From positions 603,053-667,052 of the forward strand of contig NW_008246085.1 of NCBI RefSeq assembly GCF_000281045.1: 64,000 bases of DNA, given 5' to 3'. The position numbers and the translations under genes were made by a program. This DNA is from Saprolegnia diclina VS20. Taxonomy: Eukaryota. Below the pieces are notes generated by a model that was not told the origin of the DNA, did no database searches, and saw only the letters and a list, made by a program, of their open reading frames with translations. This document shows, in pieces, positions 46,195 through 56,807 of this stretch (the first letter of the stretch is position 1; every line of letters starts with the position of its first letter).

Positions 46195-47091
46195 ATGGAC
46201 GCCAAGGCCGTCGTCCGCCGCATGCGCCTGCACCAGAAGGCGCCGGCGGCCCCAGAAAAGTACTCTCAACCTCCAAAGGCGTCGAAGCGAGTCCTACGCT
46301 AGGACCGAAATGGACGTCGCCGGCTTCAACGAGCTCGTCCAGGCCGCGAAGAGCGACCTTATGCAGCAAGAATCCGCGGCCAAGAACGAGCTCGAGTTCT
46401 ACCGCGGCCTCCTCGACATCAAGGTTTGCCAAACACCGCGTGCTTATCGGAGCTTATTGCACCACACAACGTAGAAGCCACGGCCCGCGATCGACCTCTC
46501 GGGAGGCGCGTCAAGTTTCAAGTTGCCCAGTCTCAAACCGCCGCCCAAGCAGCCACCAACCAACCAAGAACGCCCAACGTCGTCGTCGTCGACAACGTCC
46601 AGCAATGGGCGAGGGTCCGCTCCGCGAAAGCTCGCCACCGAGGGCCCCAAGGCGACGCTTGCCGCCATCAAGCCCAAGCCCTCGACGCTGAAAGGACCTC
46701 TCGCAATGAAACCTCCACAAGCGCGTCTGCCTCGACCCAGTGACGAGCCAAAGGCCTCAGCCAAGGGAGCGTCGCACAAGCCAACGCCCGTTCCGGCGGC
46801 AGGACCTGCGAAGCGCCCACAACCCAAAACCTCTGCGGTAGCGCCTCCGCCCAAGCCCAACAACACCCCCATCGCAGTAGCCCTTGTGCCTATATCCCTA
46901 CATTGACGAGCAATGCTGCGTAGACCACCAAGAAGGTCGTTGGACGGAGCAAGAAGGAGGTGTCGACGATGGACTGCCTCGCGACCTTTGACGACGCCGA
47001 GCCCGAGGTCGACAGCGCGCCCGTCTACAGCGATTTCGACAGCAACAACAATGGCTACGGCTCGGACGACGACAATATTCTCATGCTGTAG
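46195..47091 (+). CDS. Hypothetical Pro/Lys-rich low-complexity protein (4 exons)
   Basis: In-frame splicing gives MDAKAVVRRMRLHQKAPAAPEK-TEMDVAGFNELVQAAKSDL...DIK-KPRP...-TTKKVV...GSDDDNILML*. Confidence 0.6.
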
Positions 47092-47112
47092 AAACCTCTC
47101 AATGCGAAATGC

Positions 47113-48168
47113 TCACCGCGTACTGCGTTCGTACGCGTCGACAACGTGGTCGACAATCTCTTGGACGGCCACGCCCGCGTTCACCTGCGCAAAGACCGTG
47201 GGGCCCGCGCCGCGCATGAGCTTGGCGTCGCGCGCCATGACATCGAGGCTTGCGCCCACATGCGGCGCGAGATCAATCTTGTTGATGATCTACAAGAAGC
47301 ATGCATGAGAGCACGGCGGCATGCAGAGATGTCCGTTACGAGGAGATCGGCCTGCGTGATGCCGGGGCCGCCCTTGCGGGGCACCTTGTCACCACCGGCC
47401 ACGTCGATCACGTAGATGATGTAGTCGGCGAGCTCGCGACTAAAGTTGGCCGCAAGGTTGTCGCCGCCCGACTCGACGAGCACGAGCTGGAGCTGAAAGA
47501 GGTCAGTGAGCTCTTCGCAGGCTTGGAGGTTGGCCGAAATGTCCTCGCGGATCGCCGCATGGGGGCAGCCACCTGTCTCGACGGCCCGGATGCGCTCCTC
47601 CGGCAACGCCTTGTGCTTGACGAGGAACTCGCCGTCCTCTTTGGTGAAGATGTCGTTCGTCACCTACATCGATGCAGCCGTGACGCACCATGAGAGAATG
47701 AGCCCACCGCTGCGATCTGGAGCCGGTCGCGAAGGGCTTCGCAGAGCGCAAGCATGAGCGCCGTCTTTCTACGCGGCAAAGATGAACGGTGCGCGAGGTA
47801 GAGGAGAGCTCGTACCCGCTGCCAACGGGCCCGCCAATGCCGACGGTGAACGCGCGTTCGTTGTAGTCGCGCTCGATGAGTTGTTCGCGGTGCTCAAAGA
47901 CGCCAGCATGCTCGAGGTGCTCGTGCGTGTGGCCATGGTCCATGAGCTGCTGGTACTCGCTTGGCGTCGGGTCGCGGCCATACCGCTTCTTGAAGCGTTC
48001 GACCGTCTCGGACACCACGAGATCGTCATGCCCATGGTCATGGTGGTGGTCGTGGTCATGGTGGTGGTCATGGTGGTGGTCGTGGTCGTGGCCGTGGTCA
48101 TGGTGGTGGTCATGGTCATGGTGGTGGCCGTGATCGTGGTGGTGGTCAGCGGGGGCGTGGCTGGACAT
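47113..48168 (-). CDS. ureG: Urease accessory GTPase UreG with His/Asp-rich N-terminus
   Basis: [98 protein letters not shown]. Confidence 0.98.
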
Positions 48169-48603
48169 CGCTCTGTACTTTGGACGAAGATCGGCTTTGA
48201 CGAAGATCTGACAGTTGGCAAGGCAAGCCAGCTGGCAAGTCGCGCAAATCTGGTTCGACTTGATGACTAAACGACTAAATCGGGTCGACTAATCAATCGA
48301 CTAAAATATCCGAAACTGATTCGGCAAAGTTCAAGGCGAGTCCAGTTCGGGCTCATCATCCACATCGGCTGCTTGGGAAGGCGACGTATGTCTCTCCACC
48401 TGGTCTGCCCGCTCTTCTCTACCTCGGTACACGGGCACGGCCTCCTGACGCCTGTCCATCACGCCCATCCATGCGGGCAAGATGCGGCTTCTGCAAGGTG
48501 GAGGCTACGGACTTACGACGGTCGAATTGAATATATAATCTTAATTTGTAAATTCGTTCCTGGTAATCTACGGGTGGTCCTAACTCTATATAGTACGGGT
48601 CGT

Positions 48604-49020
48604 CTAGTTGATGCGTGCAACCTTCATAGGCACGACAAGCGGGTTCTCTTCCTCCAGCTTGCGCTTCGCCTGGCGCCGAAAGTCGAATGAGCAGCTGTGT
48701 TCCTCGGCGTACCGGTGACGCGTGCAAAACGTGTAGCCGCAGCGGCACGTGATCGCCGAGAGGCCAATCTTGGCTTTGCACGACCAGCACTTGCGCTTGT
48801 TCGTCTGTTCCACCTTGGTCGGCTTCTCGGGCTCCTGCGGCGTCTCGGTCTTGAGCGCCGTGGCCGCTTCGAGCGGGGTCAAGTCGACGGCCTTCACCAC
48901 CGGCTTGGGCGCTTCCGGCGTCAGGGCGTGGCATCGCTCCAGGGCAGGGCCGACGGGCGCGGGCTCGGCGGCCGGCGTCGAGGACGAGCTCGTCGGGAGG
49001 ATGCCAGAGGAGTTCTGCAT
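48604..49020 (-). CDS. AN1-type zinc finger protein (ZFAND/SAP-like, no A20 domain)
   Basis: KCWSCKAKIGLSAITCRCGYTFCTRHRYAEEHSCSFDF...NPLVVPMKVARI. Inr-FPR-like TCATTTCCGCTTTT at 49033-49046 on the minus strand. Confidence 0.92.
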   Translation of the reverse strand: MQNSSGILPTSSSSTPAAEPAPVGPALERCHALTPEAPKPVVKAVDLTPLEAATALKTETPQEPEKPTKVEQTNKRKCWSCKAKIGLSAITCRCGYTFCTRHRYAEEHSCSFDFRRQAKRKLEEENPLVVPMKVARIN

Positions 49021-49768
49021 GAGCGACGGATCAAAAGCGGAAATGAAAATGGCCCGGTCGTGGCCGGAAAACGCCCAGCTGGCGTTTGTATGGGCGGCTG
49101 TATACGGAGTGCGCTAAATTTAATTGCGTTTTATTTGAAGTCGGCCGGGTGTGAGCAACAAAGAAAACCCCGGGAGCGGCGCGCGAATAATAATACGCTG
49201 CGCTTCATACAAACACGAGGTGCATTAAATGCCGGCGGCCGACGAGGATCGGCGGATTCTGAACCGATGTGCGATAAAAAAATTAAAAAGTTGAACGTCC
49301 GAATTGTAATAAAATACGCGACGCGTTCCAAGGCGCCGGGAGTTTTCTGCGCAGAAGCCGATGGAACCTTTATTATTATTATCCTTTATATTGTGTCGTT
49401 TGGAAGAGCACGTTTTATTAATTGGATCCAAGGCCGCCGTATTTTATTAAAAAGCCAGTGAGCAACTAGTATTGTCGCACACCACAAGAACATCACCGTA
49501 ATATTAATATTATTGATAAAATGATACTTATCAATTGTATTCTTTTTGGACCGTCGTGCATAAGAAACGTGCACCCAATCGACGGCCCTGCTATTCTGCC
49601 CTTAAATGAGGCTTCCTTTAGGCTCCATTTCGGTCTTTCGCGTCGAAAGAGAAGCGGCGGCTCATGCGACTTCGAATTCGAAGTGCGTGGACAGGCCACC
49701 GGAACCTTCCCGGACCCCTCTTCGATACTTGCTTCGAATCGAATTTCGAAGACAATTAGCAATCAGCA

Positions 49769-52700
49769 ATGTCTTTGCGCCGCTGGGCACGGCCGATGGC
49801 CCGACTCGGACGGACCCGCGCCGTTGCACCCCGACGCATGCGGCAGTTCTCGTCCTTCCAGAGAGATATCGATGACCAGCGAAGAGGCCCGACGCGCTAC
49901 TGGCTCCGCATGGCGCTGCTAGGGCTCATAGTGGGCTCGTCCGGGGCGCTCCTGGGCTCGGACGACCGCCAGCGCGCGGCCCGCGCAGTGCTTTCGCTCG
50001 GACGCATCTTGGCAGAAATCGCATACGATCAGGGAGATCACAGTAGCGAAGATGCAAAAGAGGCAGCGTCGGCGGAGGATCGCATCGCGTCCATTTTGGC
50101 GACGATGGCCCAAGAGCAGACGTTCCGGCAGGCACTCGTAGCGCACGGCGGCGTCCAAGTGCTGCTAAAGGCGCTGCCGCACGCAAATGACCTCGTTCTT
50201 CGCAATCGTACGCCACATGCGCTCTACTCGTCGCCTCATGCGTTGTGCAGGCATCCTAGCTGCGATTGCCTCGGTCGCCACGACGCCAGGCACCGACGCC
50301 GCACTGGCCGACCTCGAGACCACGTCGCACCTCTTACTGCATCTCCCTGCCGCCGACATTCCTCTGCTCGACCGGCTCAAGATCGATATGGCGCTCAAGC
50401 ATGCGTACGATGCGCCCAGCCGTGCCGCCATTTCGGTGCCCACCGTACGTTGCTTTTGCACTTCTCGGAATCTCATGTACCGACGGCGGTAGGACGTTGT
50501 GCCCACCGTACATCGCCTGGCGTCGGCCGCCATGCTGGCCAAAGCCACTGGCGATGAGCGCAAGGTGAAGCATGTCGATTTCTCTTTCGAACGGGTGCCG
50601 ACCGTCGTCGTGTAGTTTGCGCTTCAGTCGCTCACGTCGCTCTTGCTGGCTGCAGAGAGCCAGAGTGCGTCGGCTGCGCTCGACACGGCGCTGCGCACGC
50701 TCCTGAGCAACGCGCAGCTGCTCGCAACACTGCGCCAGCTCTCTGTGACGCCGTCGCCGCTCCAAGGTCCCGCCGCGACCCTCCTTGTGGCGCTTTACCG
50801 CCTTAGCGGCCTCTGCGGCATCTCGTTGCAAGCGCCATCGACGTGGCACGCGCAGGTGCGCCCATCTTGAACTCGTAGGCCAGACGACGCGACGGATGTA
50901 GTTTGTCTCGTGGGCGTACGCGGACGCGCCGGCCGTGCACGTCGCGGCCGCCGAAGCCTGGCACCTCATCGCCAAGCAGTCGCCCGACGTGCTCCTGTCG
51001 TCCAAGGCCGCGCAGGACGCGCTTTTGCAGCTCGCGCGCGCCACGTTTACGCCGTCGAGCCGTACGCCGAGCGTTCAGATGCACATTTGCGCGATTCTCT
51101 CGGCGCTCGGCGACCGCTTCACGGACGGTTTTGACACGACGATGGCGACGCCCATGTCGCGCGTGTTTCGCGACGCCGACGTCCCGGACGCTGCCGTACG
51201 TCCTGCGGATAGCACTCCAGCTCATGCGCCGTAGGAGCTGGACGCGACGCCGGTCTTTGGCTGGGTCGACGTGCTCACACAGTGGTCCTTCCACGGCACG
51301 TCAGCGGTCCGTCACCACGCGATCCAGAGTCTCTCGCACCTCGCGCTGCGTCAAGACGCGTCGCACCGTGTGTTGCAGGCGTGGATGCTCGGACTTCTCC
51401 GCGAGCTCTTTGCGGCGCCCGTACGACGCTCGTCCGCGTATTCGACTGACGTACGATAGGACATGGTGGCCGAGGAGCGCCGTGCCGTCCACGAAGTCGA
51501 AGTGCTCGCCAACATGACGTCCGAGACAACGCCGGGGCACGTCAACGTGTCATACAATGACGAAGTGCTTGAGGCGGGCATGGCGGCGATGGCGATTCTC
51601 GCGGTGCGTCCGTCGACCGCCGTCGTTCGTGTCGGAAACCGTTGCGCGTAGGAAAAGCACGCGCCCGACTTCATCTGGAAGGGCGGCGTCGACCTTCTCT
51701 CGCTCGTGGCGGTGACGTCGCCGCCCGCGATCAAGGCGCAGTGCGCGCGTATCTTGGCCAACCTCGCCACGTACCCTTGGCAGCCACAGGACTTGGTACG
51801 TCGTCTGCACGCGCTGGGCAACTCATGGCAGCTGCTATAGGAGCGCGACGTTCAGCGTATCCTCGTCCAGGAAGCCACGGGCGGCTCGCTCTTCTTTGAC
51901 GAGATCTGCCACTGGCGCGACGAGCCCAACGTCAACATTCGTTCGAGCTACTACCGCGCCGCGACGAACCTCGCGGCGCTCCAAGCCTCCTCCGCTTCGG
52001 TATCCGAGTCCAAGCATCATGGAGCGAGATGGGCACGCCTTGCGTAGGAAGAGGATGATTCACCGCCGACCGTGTACCGTGAAGGGATTCACCCGATCGT
52101 CGCGCAGTCGTCGGCGTCGTCGACAACCATGCCGCCCGTCGACGTTGTGTTTGTCCACGGCCTGCGCGGCCATCCGTTCGGTGCGCCCGATCTCAGATCT
52201 GATGGACCTTGGTGCGATGAAGTTGCGTGTAGGTACGTGGCGCTCGGACATGGCGTCCACCGACATGGTCAACAGCCCAATCTGGCCCGAAGCGCTGCTG
52301 GCACCGGACCTCTCGCCCGACTCTCGCCTCGTAACCTTGGGCTACGAGGCGGGCATGGTGACGTGGAGCTCGCCGTGGCCGTCACTGACGCTGCCACAGC
52401 GTGCGCAGGTAGACCTCCGTGTTGTACGATAGGAGGAGGAGCATTCGATCTTGTGTGGCGTGGTAGATCATGCTGGAGGCGCTGGAAGCGGCGCGCATCG
52501 GTCGCGCGGACGGGCCGCCCGTGATTTTTGTGACGCACTCGATGGGCGGGCTACTCGTGAAGGAGATGCTCGTGCTTGCCAAGGCACAGGAGCGGTCGCT
52601 TGCGTCGCGCACGGCGGGCGTTGTCTTCATGGCGGTGCCCCACTTTGGCGCCAATGTGAGCTCCAATGTCAACGCGCGGGCGATCCGCGCGCTCATCCAG

Positions 52701-52994
52701 GCCCACCCGGCGACCAAAGATCTCTCGGCGAACGCGCCCCACTTGCTCGCGCTGCACAAGGCATACCAGGCGCTTCAGATCCCATCACTAAGCTTGGGCG
52801 AAGGCCAGCCCGCGCCGCTCGCGCTCGGCGTGCGGTCGATGGTCGTCTTGCCCGACTCGGCCAACCCAGGAGGCCCGCTGGATGCGTTTCACCTCCTCTC
52901 GAGCACGGACCACATGGACATTTGCAAGCCGCAGACCGTCGACGACCCGCGCTATCGGCTCGTGATTGACTTCCTGCGCGCATGCGTCGCATAA
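49769..52994 (+). CDS. SERAC1: SERAC1-like protein (targeting peptide, TM, ARM-like repeats, alpha/beta hydrolase)
   Basis: Arg-rich presequence, TM LRMALLGLIVGSSGALLG, helical repeats, YREGIHP, DVVFVHGLRG...TWR, WPEALL, IFVTHSMGGLLVKEML, FMAVPHFG, DHMDICKP. Confidence 0.85.
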
Positions 52995-53047
52995 CCCGAG
53001 AGACGCATGGTCTTGGCACTGGTATAGTAGTTACGCAGACATACCGC

Positions 53048-53317
53048 TTAGTTCTTCTGGAAACCCTGGAGGCGCTGCGACGAGTTCTGGAAAGCGTACA
53101 GGAAGCCGGCGATCGTGCCGAGGACGCCCGTGACGACCATGGACGGGCCGCGGACCGGCTTGCCGAGCGCGTAGCCGGCGCCGCACGAGATGGCCGACGC
53201 CGCCGAGATCGTGACGTAGTCGGAGAAGTTGAAGTTGTCGGTCGTATCGCCGAAGTTCGGGTACTTCATCGTGACGGGGAAGCGCGGAGCGCGGGGGTCG
53301 ATGGGCGCCGAGGACAT
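53048..53317 (-). CDS. Complex I accessory subunit, NUXM/20.9-21 kDa (MNLL-related) family, copy 1
   Basis: PRFPV...PNFGDTTDNFNFSDY...GYALGKPVRGPSMVVTGVLGTIAGFLYAFQNSSQRLQGF closely matches the plant-type family pattern. Confidence 0.9.
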   Translation of the reverse strand: MSSAPIDPRAPRFPVTMKYPNFGDTTDNFNFSDYVTISAASAISCGAGYALGKPVRGPSMVVTGVLGTIAGFLYAFQNSSQRLQGFQKN

Positions 53318-53689
53318 GGTCGTCGTGGGGTAGAAGCTCTGGACTGCGCCAAAAGAGTGGCTGGAATAAAACTCCTCATAATATATATCCTGTCATAATA
53401 CATACTTCGAACCACCTGCCACATTTACTGCGACTAATTTCGGCATTTCGCTGCCTGGTCGCCAGGGCATCGCGCACAAACGACACACGAGATGCTCGTA
53501 TGCATCAATGCACAAATGTATATTAGTACCTAAGCGTACGAGGCATGCCAGCTGGGTGAAGACCGCCGAGCCATAGTCAGCGCCATGACTGGGCCATTAA
53601 ACGCCGGCGGTCTTAGTTTCGGCATTATCGTTGAGGCTGCCGATTTTAATATATGAAATCGGCAGACGCCGAATAGCCCGACGACCACG

Positions 53690-54079
53690 ATGCTGAGCGA
53701 CCTCTTCAGCGGCGAGCGCAAGACGCCCAAGCCGTTCGTGGACCCGCGCCTGCCGCAGTTCCCAGTCATTGATGCTAACCCGCCGCTGCACAAGATCCTC
53801 CAGGCCACGCGGCCCGACGACGGACTCAGCTTCGCCTTTATCGTCGCTAGCATGTTCCTCGCAGGCCACAAGGTCCCCGACAAGAGCGTCTCTGCGCTCT
53901 TCCGTAAGCGCACGGCCTTTGGCGCCGCATTCGCCGGTGCGCTCGGCGGCTTTGCTGTCGTGTGCCAGATGGGTCAGGCGCGGCTGCAAGGCTTTGCACG
54001 CAACGAGGTTGAGATCGCCAAGTTTGGCCTCGCGACGCCGAGCCCTGCTGCGCCCGAGGAGACCGCCGTTCATGCATAG
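53690..54079 (+). CDS. Complex I NUXM-family paralog, copy 2 (divergent)
   Basis: VDPRLPQFPVIDANPPLHKILQATRPDD...two TMs...LGGFAVVCQMGQARLQGFARNEVE shares DPR.P.FPV and RLQGF..N with the neighbouring gene. Confidence 0.8.
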   Translation: MLSDLFSGERKTPKPFVDPRLPQFPVIDANPPLHKILQATRPDDGLSFAFIVASMFLAGHKVPDKSVSALFRKRTAFGAAFAGALGGFAVVCQMGQARLQGFARNEVEIAKFGLATPSPAAPEETAVHA

Positions 54080-54176
54080 TCATCGAATATGCAACATGAG
54101 TAGACTGTAGAGCACTGAAGAAGACATCATGCAAACCATTTCTGTGTTATCGTGGTAGGAAGGTCGCGCCGAGGTT

Positions 54177-55188
54177 CTAGAACGGCCACTCACCTGCGGT
54201 GGGCGGGCCGCGGTTGGCACGGGGGGCGCTCGGGCCCGACGATGCAGACATCGCGCCACCTTCGTATTCGATCGTCCTAACACGCGACGCGTTAGCTTTT
54301 CTACCGCAAGAGGTACGACGTACGGCTCTGCCTCCAGCACCGCGTGGAAGCCATAGAGGTACGGGACCGAATACTGGAGAAGCTCCTGTTGGCCTTAGCA
54401 TGAGCAACCTCTGGTCAGCGGTCAGTGGTGTACCTTGAGCACGCGCGTCTCGCCAGCATCAAGGGCCACGGCCGTGCGCGCTTGGTCGCTCGAGAAGGCA
54501 AAGACCGTCTTGTGGTGCTCGGGCTGGTACTCGATCGAGAAGGACTTGCGCAAGCCCTCGTTCGCCTGCGCCACGTCGCCCTCGTCAAGGGCAAAAAGGG
54601 CAGAGGACGTTGATATACCTGCGGGTCGTTCATGTTGGGCGAATGCACGAGCGTGATCTAATGTACAGTCCATACATTGGCCCATGCTCGCTCGAGAGGT
54701 GACAACCTTTTGCTTCGAGTCGAGCGTGTTGAGGATAGCACCAATCTCGCGGGGCGAGACCGAAAACAGCTACAAGAGGCAGATGAGCCTTCGCGCGTCC
54801 ATCGCAATCGACGACGAACGAGCTTGTCCTGGTAGTTGTAGCCTTGCTGCGTCGCCTTGCACCAGCTCAGCATGAGCGAGCCCTATGCGCTGCTGAGCCG
54901 ATGCTGCATGGACCGAGGCATACCCCGCGCTTGAGCTTGAGGTACTTGCCCGTGTGCGTGTAGACCGCGGCGAGCGGTGCCACCTATATGCGCCGCAGGA
55001 GGTGACGACCAAGATCGGCATGCGGAATCCGGCGTACTTGGAAGAGGGCGTCGCTGCCGTAGCTGGAAAACTGAGGAAACACGCGGGGCGCGGCGCCCCG
55101 AGCTGATAGCATACACCTGAGACCACTGCACACGGCGTCTACGGAGCTTACTGGAGAAGGCGCGGACGGCTTGGCGGTGCATCATCAT
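54177..55188 (-). CDS. Whirly-like single-stranded nucleic-acid-binding protein, likely mitochondrial (8 exons)
   Basis: Manual splicing gives MMMHRQAVRAFS-TRGAAPRVFPQFSSYGSDALFQ-VAPLAAVYTHTGKYLKLKRG-GSLMLSWCKATQQGYNYQDKL-LFSVSPREIGAILNTLDSKQK-ITLVHSPNMNDPQ-ANEGLRKSFSIE...VALDAGETRVLK-ELLQYSVPYLYGF...-TIEY...GEWPF. This is collinear with plant WHY motifs. The exon count is at least 8 (9 if the last short intron is included). Confidence 0.8.
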
Positions 55189-56807
55189 CTTGGCTCCTCG
55201 GACAAGACCTGGACCAGCAATGACACCGCCCAACGGTATCCGGAGACTCGTACGGATAATCAGAGGCCACGGTCTACTCCGGATACCTCTCTATTATCCG
55301 GCAATAGTGTGTGTTGGGAACATAGCACGCGCGCACTTCAAAAAAGTGTACGTCGCACGAAACGGCCAGATGACGTGACTTGGCTGTTTGGCTCGACGCG
55401 GTCAGGTCAGGCAACCTCGATCGAGCTCCTGCGTCTGAGCTTCGCGACGCAGTGGAGATTGACCACACGCAGAGGCTATAGCTAGAGGCTGTGCTTTTGC
55501 GCAGCACGTATCCGCCGCAGTTAGCTGTGCTTGAAGCACTCGGCCCAAGACGCGAAGGTCCACGTATATCCACAGCACGTCGCCGCATCTGCGATCTTTG
55601 GCTTCTCGTGCAGCTTTTTTCGCGCTGGCTAGCGTGACGATCTCTGGTTGGCGCTGTCGTCGTGACAGGCCGCTGCGTAGAAGTGAAGCGCCGATGATGC
55701 ACGCCATTCGTCCAGCGATGGTCTTCTCCGCCCGTAGGTCCTCTGGCTGCTGTTGGTGCAATGTGGCCACTTGCCCATTTACCTTCTGGAGCCAACGACG
55801 ACACTTGCGTCGTACTGCCTTTGAATGTTCTGGCACCGCCTCCAAGCCTTCTTCCACGCCAAGTTTAGCGCAGTGCGATCCACGAGCGCCAGCGTCCCGT
55901 CGAGCGACGTCCGCCAACTGTACGTCTTTTCGCCGCAAGCGCTTTCGCGAAGCCGATCCTGCGGCATGTACACGGACATGAACACACCCGCGAACAAGGC
56001 GGCCTGCTACGCCGAGCTCACACGCGGCTTTTGACAAACTGTACAACATCTCGGACAACTAAGAACAACAAATATTATATATATATTGTAGATTATCGAT
56101 GTGATTGCGTTCTCTCCGGGCAAGAAGAGAAATCGAGAAACGATCGAGACTTGAAGTGCCACCGCGGAGTTTCGAGAGAGGATACCGGTACATGAATGCT
56201 CAATGCTCCGAGGTTGAAGAAGCCACGGACAGGACGACGGCGGCCACTGGCAGGATGCATGCCGACGTGGGTTACGTCAGCGGCCCGTCCGCGCAGCTCA
56301 AGGAACCCGCACTCATCCACGCCACGACATGTCCCGCGTATTTTCCACGCGCGAGTCACTCGGCGTCTACAGACGTGGGAAATGATATACAAACACCAAG
56401 TTACTCGCTCCTACGACCGAGTGGCTTTTGGCGTTTTACACACCTGGTCGCGCGAAACCTGAGGTTCGCGCACCTGTGGGATGCACAATCGTGTGCGATG
56501 AGCACTGTTTGCGGTGGACGCACCCAGCTCGTGCTCAAGGTGGCAGCAAGCGTCCAGAGCGCACAAGCTCGTTGCCATAGTACCGGTACCTCGGTATCTC
56601 GGTATCAGCGCGCTGCCTCGGTGCGACTACGGTCTGTCGACGGCGCTGATCGCTTGGCTTCCGCAGCTGCGGCGCTTCAACAAAAGCAAAGATCCAGACG
56701 CGCCAATCCTGGCTGCGCATCAAAAACGTGCCGCTCGGTCCAAGCTCCAAGTGCCCAGCTGGTTTCGGTGGCCGCGACTGCACATCCCATTTTGACCCGT
56801 CGCAGCC

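Noticed and set aside
49021..49460. Missing A20 exon for the AN1 gene
   Set aside because: An Inr-FPR-like element lies ~13-26 nt upstream of the ATG, and no A20 Cys pattern was found upstream.
55369..56800. ORFs between the Whirly-like and PX-Sec14 genes, with faint Harbinger-like words (AFGVL, RRFNK)
   Set aside because: The motifs are in the wrong order and different frames, there are no TIRs, and no coherent gene model was found. This may be degenerate sequence.
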